Source: an uncultured Clostridia bacterium (GTDB lineage: Bacteria; Bacillota; Desulfitisporia; Desulfitisporales; JAWSUQ01). From it: 52,935 nt of DNA. Made by a program: the position numbers and the translations under genes. This document shows, in pieces, positions 38,540-48,491 of this stretch. Location of the stretch: the NCBI GenBank assembly GCA_964454195.1, contig CAYVRD010000002.1, positions 1 through 52,935 of the forward strand, given 5' to 3'. Under the pieces are notes generated by a model. It was not told the origin of the DNA. It ran no database searches and saw nothing but the letters and a program-made list of their open reading frames with translations. Every line of letters begins with the position of its first letter. The first letter of the stretch is position 1.

Positions 38540-40891
38540 CTATTCCATTATTTGATCTCTGATATGATAGCTTCTGACAGCCTTTGTGCCAAAAAGCACC
38601 GTTATAAAGGCTACAAATAGCTGGGCTGCCGGGGAAAGAAGATAGGCTGTAACCGGATTCACCAGCATAGTTATTTTTGATGCACCCATAGAAGAAAGTA
38701 TCCCTCCAAAAATAACTTCTCCCAAAAAGTTGGCTAGGATCGTCCCCACAATGATTGCCACAAACTGAATCGCAAGGATCCGTAATCCCAGCTGTATCCG
38801 GATATCCCGGTTGGAAAAACCAATTGCCTTTTTAATTGCGATTGCACTATGCTCCCTGGCTGTAATAAGCTGCAAAATCATGGCGGTAATCAGGATGATC
38901 AACAGCAATGAAATCAGGGTGGCTGCACCTCCCACCAGACTCATATTATCGGTAATACCGCCAAGAGTCTGGGAAACGAACTGGCTTACGGGAGTTATTT
39001 TACTGCCTGTCAGAATACTTCTCAGCTCCTCCGTTTTATCCCCAATGGCTACACCCGGGTAGACATTTAAATAAATTATATAGACTTCCACGTCATTTTC
39101 GGCAAAATCAATAGCTGCTTTGGCAGTCTTACCACCGTAAGTAATATCCTGATAAATGCCGCAGACGTTAAAGAATAGCTCTTCACCTTGGTAGATAACC
39201 GCTAGGGACTGGCCAACTTCCTTTCCTAGTTCTGAAGCAATTAGATAAGATAGCGCTATTTCATTGTTGTCAATGGGTGCCCTTCCCTCAAGATACTCCA
39301 ATGGGAAAACAGACTGATCACCATTCTCCACCCGTAGATACTCCCATTTTCCGTCTCCATGCTGAAGCTGTACATATCCGTTACGGTAAATTACAAACTT
39401 CTCAATTTCCGAATCATTTTCTAGATAGGAAACAACCGCATCTCTTTGCTCATGAAGCTTTTCGCTGTACTGGATATCAATACGAATATCAGATTTTCCC
39501 ACTCCCATATAAGTGATGAAAGATGGATTTTCAATTGTATTCTTCATATTTATTGGCAGGAGAATCAAAAAGGAGGAAAATACGAATACAAAAAAGATCA
39601 GGGAGTATTCCTTCCATTTGCATTTCAGCTCACCCAATGCTATCGTAAGATTGGGATACCTCAATCCTGTAGAAGGTAGATTATAATGCCCTTCTTTCTT
39701 TACGTTCTCTTTCCCGTGCATCAGCTCTACAACAGTACTTTGCAGATTCTCATGAATGATTTTGCCACATTGCAGCATTACAGCCAGGCTGAGTAGGAGT
39801 ACCCCGATTAAAGGAAAGACCCATTTCATCCACTCACCAGTACCATATCCACAGTACAGGACAACCGAGGAGGAAAAGAAGTCTCCTAATGGAATGGCTG
39901 CCAGATAACCCACCACTGCAGCTAGCAGCATAAGTATTAAATATTTAACCAGATATAACCTCTCAATTGCTTTACCTGGAAATCCAATTGCTTTCATTTC
40001 ACCGATGGTGTAATTCTCTTCTGCCATGGTTGCCCGAATAATATAAGATAAGCACAGGGCCGCTATCATTATTAAAAATATGCTTATAGCAATGATTATA
40101 AATGCTACTAATCCATGAGAAAAAGCATTTATAAGAGTCAGAATGCTACCCGTTATGGCAACACCGTTAGCTGGCATTCCCGCATCCAGATAGTCCTTCT
40201 GCAAAATTGCCGTAGACGCACCTTCCTCTAACAGAAACTGAAAGCTGTATTCCCATTCTCCCATGTGCTGACTTATCTCATCAAGATCTGCCTGACTAAT
40301 TAAGAATCGCTTTGAAGATGCCAGTGCCGCATTCATTGACGGGTCCCGAATAATTGTTGAGACAGTAAGCTCCTTTCGGAAATCCCCTTCAAGTAATGTA
40401 ATCACATCTCCAACCTGAATACCAAGCTCCTGACCATAATAAACGGGAACCCCGATTTCCCCTTCCCTAACAACAGCAATTTCATTATCCATATCAAGGA
40501 GTAAATCAAATCTCTCATTCTGAGTAATGAATCCATTATCCATCAAGGTCTTTTCCAGCGTTTCACCCTGGTGTATAATCTTTGCATTACTGATATTTAG
40601 CATCTTGACTATCAGCGAATCTTTAATATAATCATGTTTTTCCACAAAGCTCTCAAAGGCTTTCTCATCATAGGTTCCTTTATGCATCTGTAGATAGTCA
40701 GGGGGCACAGCCAGTTCATTTAGCCCATTCAGTGAAGATATCATTGTAACAGTGGTTCTTAATCCACCTGCCATCAAAAGGACTGCCAGGATAAGGAATA
40801 CCGCTAGGGCAATTGTGATAACCCTATTTCTCTTAAAATCCTTCCAGACAAGGTTTAGTAATATGTTCATGCTCTCTTGCTCTCCCTCCAA
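38540..40891 (-). CDS. ABC transporter permease with two FtsX-type modules
   Basis: This is a 783-aa polytopic protein with large extracytoplasmic segments after TM1 and mid-protein. The real start may be the ATG at 40870 (MNILLNLVWKDFKRN), because the first ATG lies inside the GGAGGGAG RBS-like string. Confidence 0.8.
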   Translation of the reverse strand: MEGEQESMNILLNLVWKDFKRNRVITIALAVFLILAVLLMAGGLRTTVTMISSLNGLNELAVPPDYLQMHKGTYDEKAFESFVEKHDYIKDSLIVKMLNISNAKIIHQGETLEKTLMDNGFITQNERFDLLLDMDNEIAVVREGEIGVPVYYGQELGIQVGDVITLLEGDFRKELTVSTIIRDPSMNAALASSKRFLISQADLDEISQHMGEWEYSFQFLLEEGASTAILQKDYLDAGMPANGVAITGSILTLINAFSHGLVAFIIIAISIFLIMIAALCLSYIIRATMAEENYTIGEMKAIGFPGKAIERLYLVKYLILMLLAAVVGYLAAIPLGDFFSSSVVLYCGYGTGEWMKWVFPLIGVLLLSLAVMLQCGKIIHENLQSTVVELMHGKENVKKEGHYNLPSTGLRYPNLTIALGELKCKWKEYSLIFFVFVFSSFLILLPINMKNTIENPSFITYMGVGKSDIRIDIQYSEKLHEQRDAVVSYLENDSEIEKFVIYRNGYVQLQHGDGKWEYLRVENGDQSVFPLEYLEGRAPIDNNEIALSYLIASELGKEVGQSLAVIYQGEELFFNVCGIYQDITYGGKTAKAAIDFAENDVEVYIIYLNVYPGVAIGDKTEELRSILTGSKITPVSQFVSQTLGGITDNMSLVGGAATLISLLLIILITAMILQLITAREHSAIAIKKAIGFSNRDIRIQLGLRILAIQFVAIIVGTILANFLGEVIFGGILSSMGASKITMLVNPVTAYLLSPAAQLFVAFITVLFGTKAVRSYHIRDQIME

Positions 40892-41029
40892 GGCTTTACA
40901 CTCTCTTAGCTATATCTTACTTTAACTTTCCCTAATCACATAGTCTTTTTTTATTTTAAAGATTGAAAAGATAAACAGTAAACAGGTTAAAACAAAAACA
41001 CAAGAGAGCTGGGGACTTATTTTAACTTG

Positions 41030-41064
41030 CAACAAAAAAAGAAAATCAACCTTTGGGTTGATTT
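41030..41064 (-). terminator. Intrinsic terminator after the alpha/beta-hydrolase gene
   Basis: A 9-bp stem forms between aaatcaacc (41043-41051) and ggttgattt (41056-41064). On the minus strand it is followed by TTCTTTTTTTG. Confidence 0.65.
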
Positions 41065-41074
41065 AGAGGTTGAT

Positions 41075-41953
41075 TTAAGGTTTTAAAATATGCTGACGCA
41101 GGAGATCGTATGCTAATGCTCCTGTTGTATGACCCTTATCTATAGTTGCTATTTCTAAGCCGTTATAGGAATTTTTTTGGATGTCATAGCGAATAATGCC
41201 ATCCTGTTTTGCTAGCAAAGGAAAGACATTTTCGTTGTTTTGCTTGGCAAAGTCTCTTTGAAAATCAAAAAGCTTACTCATTAAAATAGGTTGCGCCAAG
41301 GCTGCTTTAGCTACACTTCTACTATAGACAGAGTTAAGAAAAGCATCATGCATTGCCGTTCCTGCTAATAGTGGCCTGTATTTATCTGCACTGTTGTAAT
41401 GAATATGGTGCAAGTTGGTAATAAATCCTCCAAGACTAGTCCCACTTACTGTAATTGAGCTAGCTTCACTACCTTGTTTTGCAGTGCTATCTCCAACCTG
41501 TTGGATAATCCCTTCGATTATTTTCACAGAGTTAGCCATCATCACTAACCAGTTTTCCGTTTTGGACATGCCGCTCATGAAGCTTTTTCTATTGTCATGA
41601 TAAGCTGCTCTAATTAAAAACAAGTTAGCAGCTATATGCTCTTTGTCTAGCGGAAATATTCTTTTAAACCCATAATCAAAGGGTATCTCACTAGCTCCAT
41701 GATGATAAATGATTGTAGGAAATTCCTTCCCCAACCACTGAGCCAAGCGAAAGCCTGCAGATATTTCGCCAATTTTTGTTGATGAAGTTAAGCTGTACTC
41801 ACTTTTTTCAAAATTAAGCTTTGGTACATTCATTTTAATGGCTTGTAAATGCTCTTGAAAAATTACACTCTCTACACCATCACGAAAATATTTAGGAAAA
41901 AATAACGACCCAACTGTAATTGCTACCTTGTCAATCATGTAGTGCTTATTCAT
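41075..41953 (-). CDS. Putative alpha/beta-fold hydrolase
   Basis: The 292-aa protein has a nucleophile-elbow-like GTSLGG (GxSxG). I see no other diagnostic motif. Confidence 0.55.
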   Translation of the reverse strand: MNKHYMIDKVAITVGSLFFPKYFRDGVESVIFQEHLQAIKMNVPKLNFEKSEYSLTSSTKIGEISAGFRLAQWLGKEFPTIIYHHGASEIPFDYGFKRIFPLDKEHIAANLFLIRAAYHDNRKSFMSGMSKTENWLVMMANSVKIIEGIIQQVGDSTAKQGSEASSITVSGTSLGGFITNLHHIHYNSADKYRPLLAGTAMHDAFLNSVYSRSVAKAALAQPILMSKLFDFQRDFAKQNNENVFPLLAKQDGIIRYDIQKNSYNGLEIATIDKGHTTGALAYDLLRQHILKP

Positions 41954-41990
41954 TATCTAGAATCTCCTTTGCAAATAAAATGCTACCCTG

Positions 41991-43934
41991 CTAAATCAAA
42001 TTCCAAAAATAGAATATCCATGCTAACGCTGCCGAAAACATGGCGAAAATAGTATAGTGAATTCTGCCTGCTAGCTGCCCATAGCTCTTCAACCATAAAA
42101 TCACTGTAAATGCTACTACTCCCACGGACATGAAAACTATAGCATTGTGCAGTATTAAATCAAGCCACATAGTGAATGCAGAAGGTGGTGTATATGCTGA
42201 CACTGGAAAACCGTATACAGGGTCTACTTCACTGCCTGCAATAAGCCCTATTAGAAAAGCTAGGGTTAGCATTCCTAGTAGTACTGCTACTCTTTTAGCC
42301 CATTTCAACTCCCTTGACTCTTCACGCCTGAAGATCATTTGAACAGCCCAATAGAGCATACTTCCAATTATGAATAGCATTGAGGAAATGATCATCAAGA
42401 ATGTCAGGCCTCTACTCTCATACCATGCGGCCCTGGAGTAGCTCATAGGGCCATCGGACATAAGCATAGTTTTCCCCAGGGGGTCGGTACCAAAGACAAT
42501 GGTTCTAAAGTCTCCCCCGTAATCAATGCTTCGTCCTTCCCGCAGATTAAAGTAAACTCCTGGTTCTACCTCCACGAATCTATTTGTTTCACCTAAGTGA
42601 GTAACAAGTAAATACCCCTCATTATCTGCTTCAACTTGAATTACGCCAATTAAAATACCTAACAGAGCATCCATGGTAGTGAAGGACCTTCTATTTTGAT
42701 AGTATTCTCCCACAAATTCCTTAGACCGTTCAGACATCCCTTTAGTAGGAGCAGGTGCCGCTATTGCCTCAGCTGGAAAATATCGGTCTAAAAAATCCTG
42801 AAATATCTCTGTGTTCACCAGATAATTTCCCCCACTATGGGAGATAAAGAATCCTAAATCCTTATCGGGTATCAAATAAAGTCCGGTGTCATAAAGCATA
42901 GTTCCTCCAGGGTGGTGAAAGGTTTCTAGGCCATTGAAAGTAGTTTTAATAAATCCATGGGCCATACCATTTAGGCGGGGATGCTGGGTGAATCTCTCAG
43001 CAAACATTCTCTGCACGGTTTCTTCTTCTAGAATTCTAGCTTCTTTATATTGTCCCCCTTGAAGATAGGCCAGCATAAACTTAGCCATATCTAAGGCACT
43101 ACTGCTCATGCTGCCTGCTGGCTCAGAAAGGAACTCAAACTTGGCTTCCCTAAATACTCCGTTCACATAGCGATAGGGCTTAGACATATTATCAGCCAAT
43201 CCTCTAGGAGGTGGCTGACGAAATGTACTATTAGTCATACCCAAGGGTGTAAATATATTTTCCTCAATATATTGGGCAAAGGGTACCCCCGACATCAACT
43301 CCACAATATAGCCAGCTAGTGACGTCCCATAATTTGAGTAGGCAGTAACCTCACCAGGGGGGAAAACCCTGGCAGGCCTATTTTCTCGAACTTGCTGGGC
43401 TAGAGGAATTAGGCTATCCTCAGAAATTGAAAAAACATCGGACATATAATCTTCAAATCCTGGGGTATGGGACATTAAATGTCTAATGGTAATAGGCTCA
43501 AGCTTAGATTGTCCTCTTCTGGTTTCAAGTCTGTCAGGAATCTCAAAGTCTAGATACTGATTAATATCCTTATCTAAATCTAGCTTCCCTTGCTCTACCA
43601 GCTGCATAACAGCTGTCCAAGTAAATAGCTTTGACGTGGACCCAATTCTAAATAGTGTCTGCTCTGGATCTACAGGTATTTTTGCTTCATAGTCCGCATA
43701 TCCAAAGCCTTTTGCCACTAGTATCTCTCCACCATATACGATTGAAACTGTCAGGTTAGGTATATTATGCTTCTCCATCTGCTGAACGATTATAGTATCC
43801 AAAAAAAGCTCCACGTCACTGGCGTTAAGCTTTGGAGTAGTAGCGAATGCCGGTTTTATGCACATGCCTGGAAACAATACCAATGCAAAGCATAGAAGCA
43901 AAATATATGCTAATGTTCTTCTCAGTTTGTTCAT
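41991..43934 (-). CDS. Serine hydrolase of the beta-lactamase / PBP4*-like family with a C-terminal multi-TM anchor
   Basis: The protein has a signal peptide, the SxxK motif (RIGSTSKLFTW) and a YSNYG (YxN) block. Several hydrophobic helices occupy the last ~150 aa. Confidence 0.85.
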   Translation of the reverse strand: MNKLRRTLAYILLLCFALVLFPGMCIKPAFATTPKLNASDVELFLDTIIVQQMEKHNIPNLTVSIVYGGEILVAKGFGYADYEAKIPVDPEQTLFRIGSTSKLFTWTAVMQLVEQGKLDLDKDINQYLDFEIPDRLETRRGQSKLEPITIRHLMSHTPGFEDYMSDVFSISEDSLIPLAQQVRENRPARVFPPGEVTAYSNYGTSLAGYIVELMSGVPFAQYIEENIFTPLGMTNSTFRQPPPRGLADNMSKPYRYVNGVFREAKFEFLSEPAGSMSSSALDMAKFMLAYLQGGQYKEARILEEETVQRMFAERFTQHPRLNGMAHGFIKTTFNGLETFHHPGGTMLYDTGLYLIPDKDLGFFISHSGGNYLVNTEIFQDFLDRYFPAEAIAAPAPTKGMSERSKEFVGEYYQNRRSFTTMDALLGILIGVIQVEADNEGYLLVTHLGETNRFVEVEPGVYFNLREGRSIDYGGDFRTIVFGTDPLGKTMLMSDGPMSYSRAAWYESRGLTFLMIISSMLFIIGSMLYWAVQMIFRREESRELKWAKRVAVLLGMLTLAFLIGLIAGSEVDPVYGFPVSAYTPPSAFTMWLDLILHNAIVFMSVGVVAFTVILWLKSYGQLAGRIHYTIFAMFSAALAWIFYFWNLI

Positions 43935-43952
43935 CTTCTCACTCCCACTTAC

Positions 43953-44603
43953 TCAGTTTATACATTCCACATTAATCCTGCTTCTTTTGTCTTTAAACAT
44001 ATGGTAGACAGTTAGCTCTCCTCCCTGACGCTCCTCCATCAGCTCATAGCCTGAAAGCTCATACAGCAGCTTGTTTTTCAAATCCCCAGTATAGAGATAC
44101 ACACCGTCAATAGCTTGGTCCCGTTCGCTAATTAGCTCCACTTCCTTAAGCAGCATTTTCCCTATCCCTTGCCCTTGGTGCTCAGGATGGACCGCCAATC
44201 CAGCCAGAGTCAAATAAGGCTGACTAATCTTTTGTGAAGGAGTAAAGGCTTTCCTTGCTTGCCAGATTCTCAAAAAATTCATTCTTGCAAGCAAGGGCAA
44301 AGCGTAATAAAGCCTCTTAAATGTTTTGTTAAATTTACGCAGTATTGATTCTCTTATGCTCTTTTTAAGAAGGGCAAACCCCACAACTTTGTCACCTTTT
44401 ACGGCTGCTATAATTTGCTCCTGGGATTCCATACTCAGCCTTGCCTCCATTGAAATTGAACGCTGCAAACGCTCTTTAGTGTCCTCTCGAGAAAAGTCAT
44501 AAATATATTTGTTGATGCTTTCATCCTTAAAGGCTTCTGCAAATACATAAGCAATGTCACTGATCATTTTTTCATTAGCTTGGATAATTTTAATTTCACC
44601 CAT
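43953..44603 (-). CDS. GNAT-family N-acetyltransferase
   Basis: The protein has an acetyl-CoA-binding block LAVHPEHQGQGIGKMLL and a GGAGG RBS. Confidence 0.8.
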   Translation of the reverse strand: MGEIKIIQANEKMISDIAYVFAEAFKDESINKYIYDFSREDTKERLQRSISMEARLSMESQEQIIAAVKGDKVVGFALLKKSIRESILRKFNKTFKRLYYALPLLARMNFLRIWQARKAFTPSQKISQPYLTLAGLAVHPEHQGQGIGKMLLKEVELISERDQAIDGVYLYTGDLKNKLLYELSGYELMEERQGGELTVYHMFKDKRSRINVECIN

Positions 44604-44660
44604 TTTATTTTCCTCCTAAAGCTTTCTTTGAGTCTATTTTAGCTTTAGCAGGCAAATAAT

Positions 44661-44697
44661 AAATCAACCTAGAGGTTGAATTATTGAGGTTGATTTA
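44661..44697 (-). repeat. Repeat/terminator module after the LuxR-type gene; sister copy at 41043-41077
   Basis: The module aaatcaacct..ggttga..gaggttgattta starts (on the minus strand) at the stop codon TAA. It shares the 10-nt, 6-nt and 12-nt blocks with 41043-41077, in the same order and orientation. Confidence 0.5.
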
Positions 44698-47274
44698 TGG
44701 GATGAGTCCAAGACTTTTAGCTTTTTCAATGGCTTCCACCCTATTAGATGCCTGAAGCTTGGAGTAAATATTTATAATATGGGTTTTGACAGTGGCGATG
44801 GAAATTATTAGGGTATCTGCAATTGCTTTATTGCTAGCTCCCGTAGCCAAAACCAACAATACCTCTAGCTCACGCTGGCTTAAAAGCCGCCGCTCCTCTC
44901 TATCACCAACAATATCTGACAATTGGCAGATAAAGCTCTTCTCACCAATACTTAATTCGGTTATTCTCTCTTTTCTGAGTTTTTCTAGGTATTTACTGAC
45001 CAACTTTTTTTCAAATACATAGGGTGAGACAATATGGTTTTCCCAGCTATGGCTAATTGCTTCCTTTAATAAATTGAGCAACTGTTCTTCCTCCACCTGC
45101 TCTTGGGACTCCAACCCAACCATTTTTAGAAGCAAGCCTTGAATTAAATACAGCTTTATTCCATGCAGCCTAGAAAACCCCAGAGCACTGTTGATGAGTC
45201 CCAGTCCCTCTTCAGTTTTTTCTCGCAGCAGCAGTATCCGCCCGAACAAAAGCTTTTCTTCTAATCGCAAGTTGTTTTGATCCAGAAGGTTGTAGCAAAT
45301 GTCTATAAACTGCTCAAGCCTCTGTTGATTAGCTTTAAGATAAACCAGCTGCTTAAGAATGATAGGGAAAAACAAATTGTATTGTTGTAGCTCTGTCAGC
45401 TTAAGATTTAGTAGCTCTTTGGCCTTTTCTGTTTCTCCCGCCAGACATTTCAACTCAATCAGACTTAAATTATAGTACATGCCTATAATAGGATTGCTTT
45501 CACTAATTAACTCCCTGGCCTTTGTTAGATAGCGCTCTGCCATGCCTAAGCTATAGCTCTTCATATAGATACCAGATATATGAATATAATTATTGGCAGC
45601 TATCGAGCCTAGTATGGGATTATCCTTAATTAGCCGAAATATTTCTTCATAATCTATAAGCAACTGGTTTATGTCGCCTAATTCCTCTTTATTTTGGACC
45701 TGCAACGTAAGAGCTGAAAGCCTTAAAAAATGATTATTTAGCTTTTTTTCCAGCTCTAAAACTTTTGCTGTGAGTGCCAAAGAGCTTTTATGCTTGTTCT
45801 GTATTGCTAATAATGCGGCAATTTTCAAGTAGACAATAGCCTTAGTTACATCGCCAAAATTTAGCTCCGCCATATCGATCAGAAAATCTAAATCATCCTC
45901 TAATTGACGTTGCTCCAGCACTGCCTCAGCAAAGCAAGCTAGTTGCTGAGCAAAAAGATTTTCTGGTTCCTGGCTTAAATAATTAATTGTCTCGCGGCAC
46001 TGGTCCAGTTGGCTATTACAGTAATGGTAAAAAAAGCGTTGGACCAGAAGTTCCTTATTTTGCCCTAACAAGGGCAAGGGAATTTGGCTCAAATAAACCC
46101 ATCCACTGGGGTTTTGGCCCATTTTGCCGATTACTTCAAGTGCATCAGAGAATTGCTCTACAGTAAAGTAATGAGCAATACATTGGCTTAAATCTCCTGC
46201 TTGTTCATAGGCTTTGGCAGCTCTAAGGTGAATAGTCTTTTTTTGTTCAGTACTAAAATTTGAAAATTTCAGCTTCAAAAATTCCCCAAACAAAGGGTGA
46301 TACCGATATGCCTGGCCATCATTAACTGCTATGATAAATAGGTTTTTTTCCTGCAGTCTATCAATTAAGTGCTGCGTATGCTCTGCTTCCAGCACCATAT
46401 TGCAAATAGGCTCATTAAAATAGCTTAAGATAGATGTTTTAACAATAAAGTCTCTTTCCTCAGGATGCAGCCCTGAGTAAATCTCGTGAGAAAGATAATC
46501 TACTACATATTTGTTAAGCACCTTGATATCCTGAAGGTCATTATTATGTTTGTTGCCCATAGCCAAGGCTAAAAGCTGCAGTCCTCCTACCCAGCCTGAA
46601 GCTAAATCACTAAATATAGTAAGCCGCTGACTATCTAATTGGAGGTTTAATGTTTTTGTTAAAAAATCCAATGATTCAGCCTGGGAAAACTTTAAGTCAT
46701 CGTCACTTAGCTCCAACAGCTGACCGGACATCTGCAAATATCCTAAATAAATAGTAGGCTTTTCCCTGGTTATAATAACCAGATGTACGTTTTCAGGAGC
46801 ATTCTTGATAAAAAATTCTATTGTCCCCAGCAAAACTTGATCAGTGACATGATGAAAGTCGTCTAGAACTATGAAAACTTCATCTGCAATATTCAATTGA
46901 TTAATCAGCATGACTAGGAATTCTCCCATGTCCTCTTTTGAGCCCATGGTTGAAAATAAAGTGTCTAGAAATTCATTTTTATTTCTCAAAAAACCTTTAA
47001 TACCTTCTATAAAGTAATGCCAGAAGGCCATAGCAGCAGTGCCTGGATCAATTGTAAGCCAGCTGTAGTTTGCTATATCCCTTTCTTTGATGAATGACGA
47101 CACCAAAGTTGTCTTGCCACTCCCTGCCGCTCCTTGAATTAGTGTAACCCTATGCTCTATTATAGCCTCTAGCTTACTCAATAAGGCTTTCCGCACAACA
47201 TAGTTTTTTCTAGGTATAGGCATTTTTAGCTTGGTAGATAGAAAGCTAATGTTGCTCTCATTTTTCATCACCAA
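44695..47274 (-). CDS. MalT-like LuxR-family transcriptional regulator (STAND NTPase + TPR-like repeats + C-terminal LuxR HTH)
   Basis: The protein has Walker A GAAGSGKTT, Walker B IVLDDFH, a long helical repeat region, and the C-terminal LSQRELEVLLVLATGASNKAIADTLIISIATVKTHIINIYSKL. The start is ambiguous between TTG 47274, GTG 47271 and ATG 47268. Confidence 0.85.
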   Translation of the reverse strand: MVMKNESNISFLSTKLKMPIPRKNYVVRKALLSKLEAIIEHRVTLIQGAAGSGKTTLVSSFIKERDIANYSWLTIDPGTAAMAFWHYFIEGIKGFLRNKNEFLDTLFSTMGSKEDMGEFLVMLINQLNIADEVFIVLDDFHHVTDQVLLGTIEFFIKNAPENVHLVIITREKPTIYLGYLQMSGQLLELSDDDLKFSQAESLDFLTKTLNLQLDSQRLTIFSDLASGWVGGLQLLALAMGNKHNNDLQDIKVLNKYVVDYLSHEIYSGLHPEERDFIVKTSILSYFNEPICNMVLEAEHTQHLIDRLQEKNLFIIAVNDGQAYRYHPLFGEFLKLKFSNFSTEQKKTIHLRAAKAYEQAGDLSQCIAHYFTVEQFSDALEVIGKMGQNPSGWVYLSQIPLPLLGQNKELLVQRFFYHYCNSQLDQCRETINYLSQEPENLFAQQLACFAEAVLEQRQLEDDLDFLIDMAELNFGDVTKAIVYLKIAALLAIQNKHKSSLALTAKVLELEKKLNNHFLRLSALTLQVQNKEELGDINQLLIDYEEIFRLIKDNPILGSIAANNYIHISGIYMKSYSLGMAERYLTKARELISESNPIIGMYYNLSLIELKCLAGETEKAKELLNLKLTELQQYNLFFPIILKQLVYLKANQQRLEQFIDICYNLLDQNNLRLEEKLLFGRILLLREKTEEGLGLINSALGFSRLHGIKLYLIQGLLLKMVGLESQEQVEEEQLLNLLKEAISHSWENHIVSPYVFEKKLVSKYLEKLRKERITELSIGEKSFICQLSDIVGDREERRLLSQRELEVLLVLATGASNKAIADTLIISIATVKTHIINIYSKLQASNRVEAIEKAKSLGLIP

Positions 47275-47442
47275 ATCAGCCCCTTGTTTTGAAAGTATCT
47301 TTGAGTTATATCTTCTTTGCAGTATTCTTCATCCCTGCCTAGTATAAAAAAAAGTACCCCATAAGCAGCTAAATCTGAATAATAATACGACCCACCCTGG
47401 GACACAAGAAAAAGACACCCGAAACGTCCCTAGGTCCTGTCA

Positions 47443-47476
47443 TAAAAAAACTCCCTCAAACCGAAGTCTGAGGGAC
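47443..47476 (-). terminator. Intrinsic terminator of zupT
   Basis: A stem forms between tccctca (47452-47458) and tgaggga (47469-47475) and can be extended. On the minus strand it is followed by a run of 7 T's. Confidence 0.7.
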
Positions 47477-47490
47477 ATTAAAACATAATA

Positions 47491-48303
47491 CTAAGCAAAC
47501 AACAGCAGACTAATGGCCATTACTGCCATGCCCAGAATTAGTCCGTAAATGGAGATATGGTGCTCACCATATTTTGCTGCAGTTGGCAATAATTCGTCCA
47601 AAGATATATAAACCATAATGCCCGCCACACTAGCAAAGACAATGCCAAGCATTGCATCGCTAAAAAAGTTCATCAAAAGGAAGAATCCCACAATTGCCCC
47701 TAATGGTTCTGATAGGCCAGATAGAAAGGAAAAAGTAAAGGCTTTCTTGCGGTCTCCAGTAGCATAATAGATAGGGACAGCCACGGCAATTCCCTCGGGA
47801 ATATTGTGTATGGCAATAGCTACTGCAATGCTGATTCCCAGAACTGGATCATGAAGAGCAGCGATAAAGGTGGCTAACCCTTCAGGAAAGTTATGAATGG
47901 CAATAGCTAGGGCAGAAAACATGCCCATCCTCATTAAAGCTGGATCTTTTACCTTGGCACTTTTCATATCCGATACATCTCGTATTTCGTGGGGATTTTC
48001 ACCCGAGGGCACCAGTTTGTCAATCAGGGCTATCAAAGCTATCCCCCCAAAGAAGGCTATGGTGGTAACCCAATAGCCTTGGCTAGGACCATAAACCACT
48101 TCTAATGACTCTTTAGCTTTGGGAATAATCTCCATGAAGGATACATAAATCATCACTCCCGCAGAAAAACCTAATGCTCCAGACAAAAAACGCTGATCTG
48201 TCTGCTTAGTGAAAAAAGCAAAAGCACTGCCAATGCCAGTGGATAAGCCAGCTAACAAGGTAAGACTAAAAGCAAACAGCAAATCACTTTGGGAAAACTC
48301 CAT
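47491..48303 (-). CDS. zupT: ZIP-family zinc transporter
   Basis: This polytopic protein has the ZupT-type blocks [12 protein letters not shown] and [16 protein letters not shown]. The track start at 48309 is a TTG. GGAGG at 48310-48314 plus a 6-nt spacer favours the ATG at 48303. Confidence 0.88.
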   Translation of the reverse strand: MEFSQSDLLFAFSLTLLAGLSTGIGSAFAFFTKQTDQRFLSGALGFSAGVMIYVSFMEIIPKAKESLEVVYGPSQGYWVTTIAFFGGIALIALIDKLVPSGENPHEIRDVSDMKSAKVKDPALMRMGMFSALAIAIHNFPEGLATFIAALHDPVLGISIAVAIAIHNIPEGIAVAVPIYYATGDRKKAFTFSFLSGLSEPLGAIVGFFLLMNFFSDAMLGIVFASVAGIMVYISLDELLPTAAKYGEHHISIYGLILGMAVMAISLLLFA

Positions 48304-48407
48304 ACTCAACCTCCTGATTATTAAATCCGGTTTCTATATGCCAGTATTCGACCTCATAACAAAATAATCCTTTTAGCCACTTTGTAGGTATAGGATTATG
48401 ACAAACA

Positions 48408-48444
48408 TAAACAAAAATAATCCCCCAAACCGTAGTTTGAGGGA
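48408..48444 (-). terminator. Intrinsic terminator after the enolase-superfamily gene
   Basis: A stem forms from tcccccaaac (48421-48430) and gtttgaggga (48435-48444), with one mismatch. On the minus strand it is followed by TTATTTTTGTTT. Confidence 0.65.
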
Positions 48445-48491
48445 CTAAAACAGGATTGATTATTCTCCGTTTTTAGGTGCTCTGTATTCCT

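Noticed and set aside
48364-48399. Zur box in front of zupT
   Set aside because: The only symmetry is 8-bp arms separated by 20 nt, which does not resemble the compact Zur/Fur-type palindrome. It is mentioned only as context in the zupT finding.
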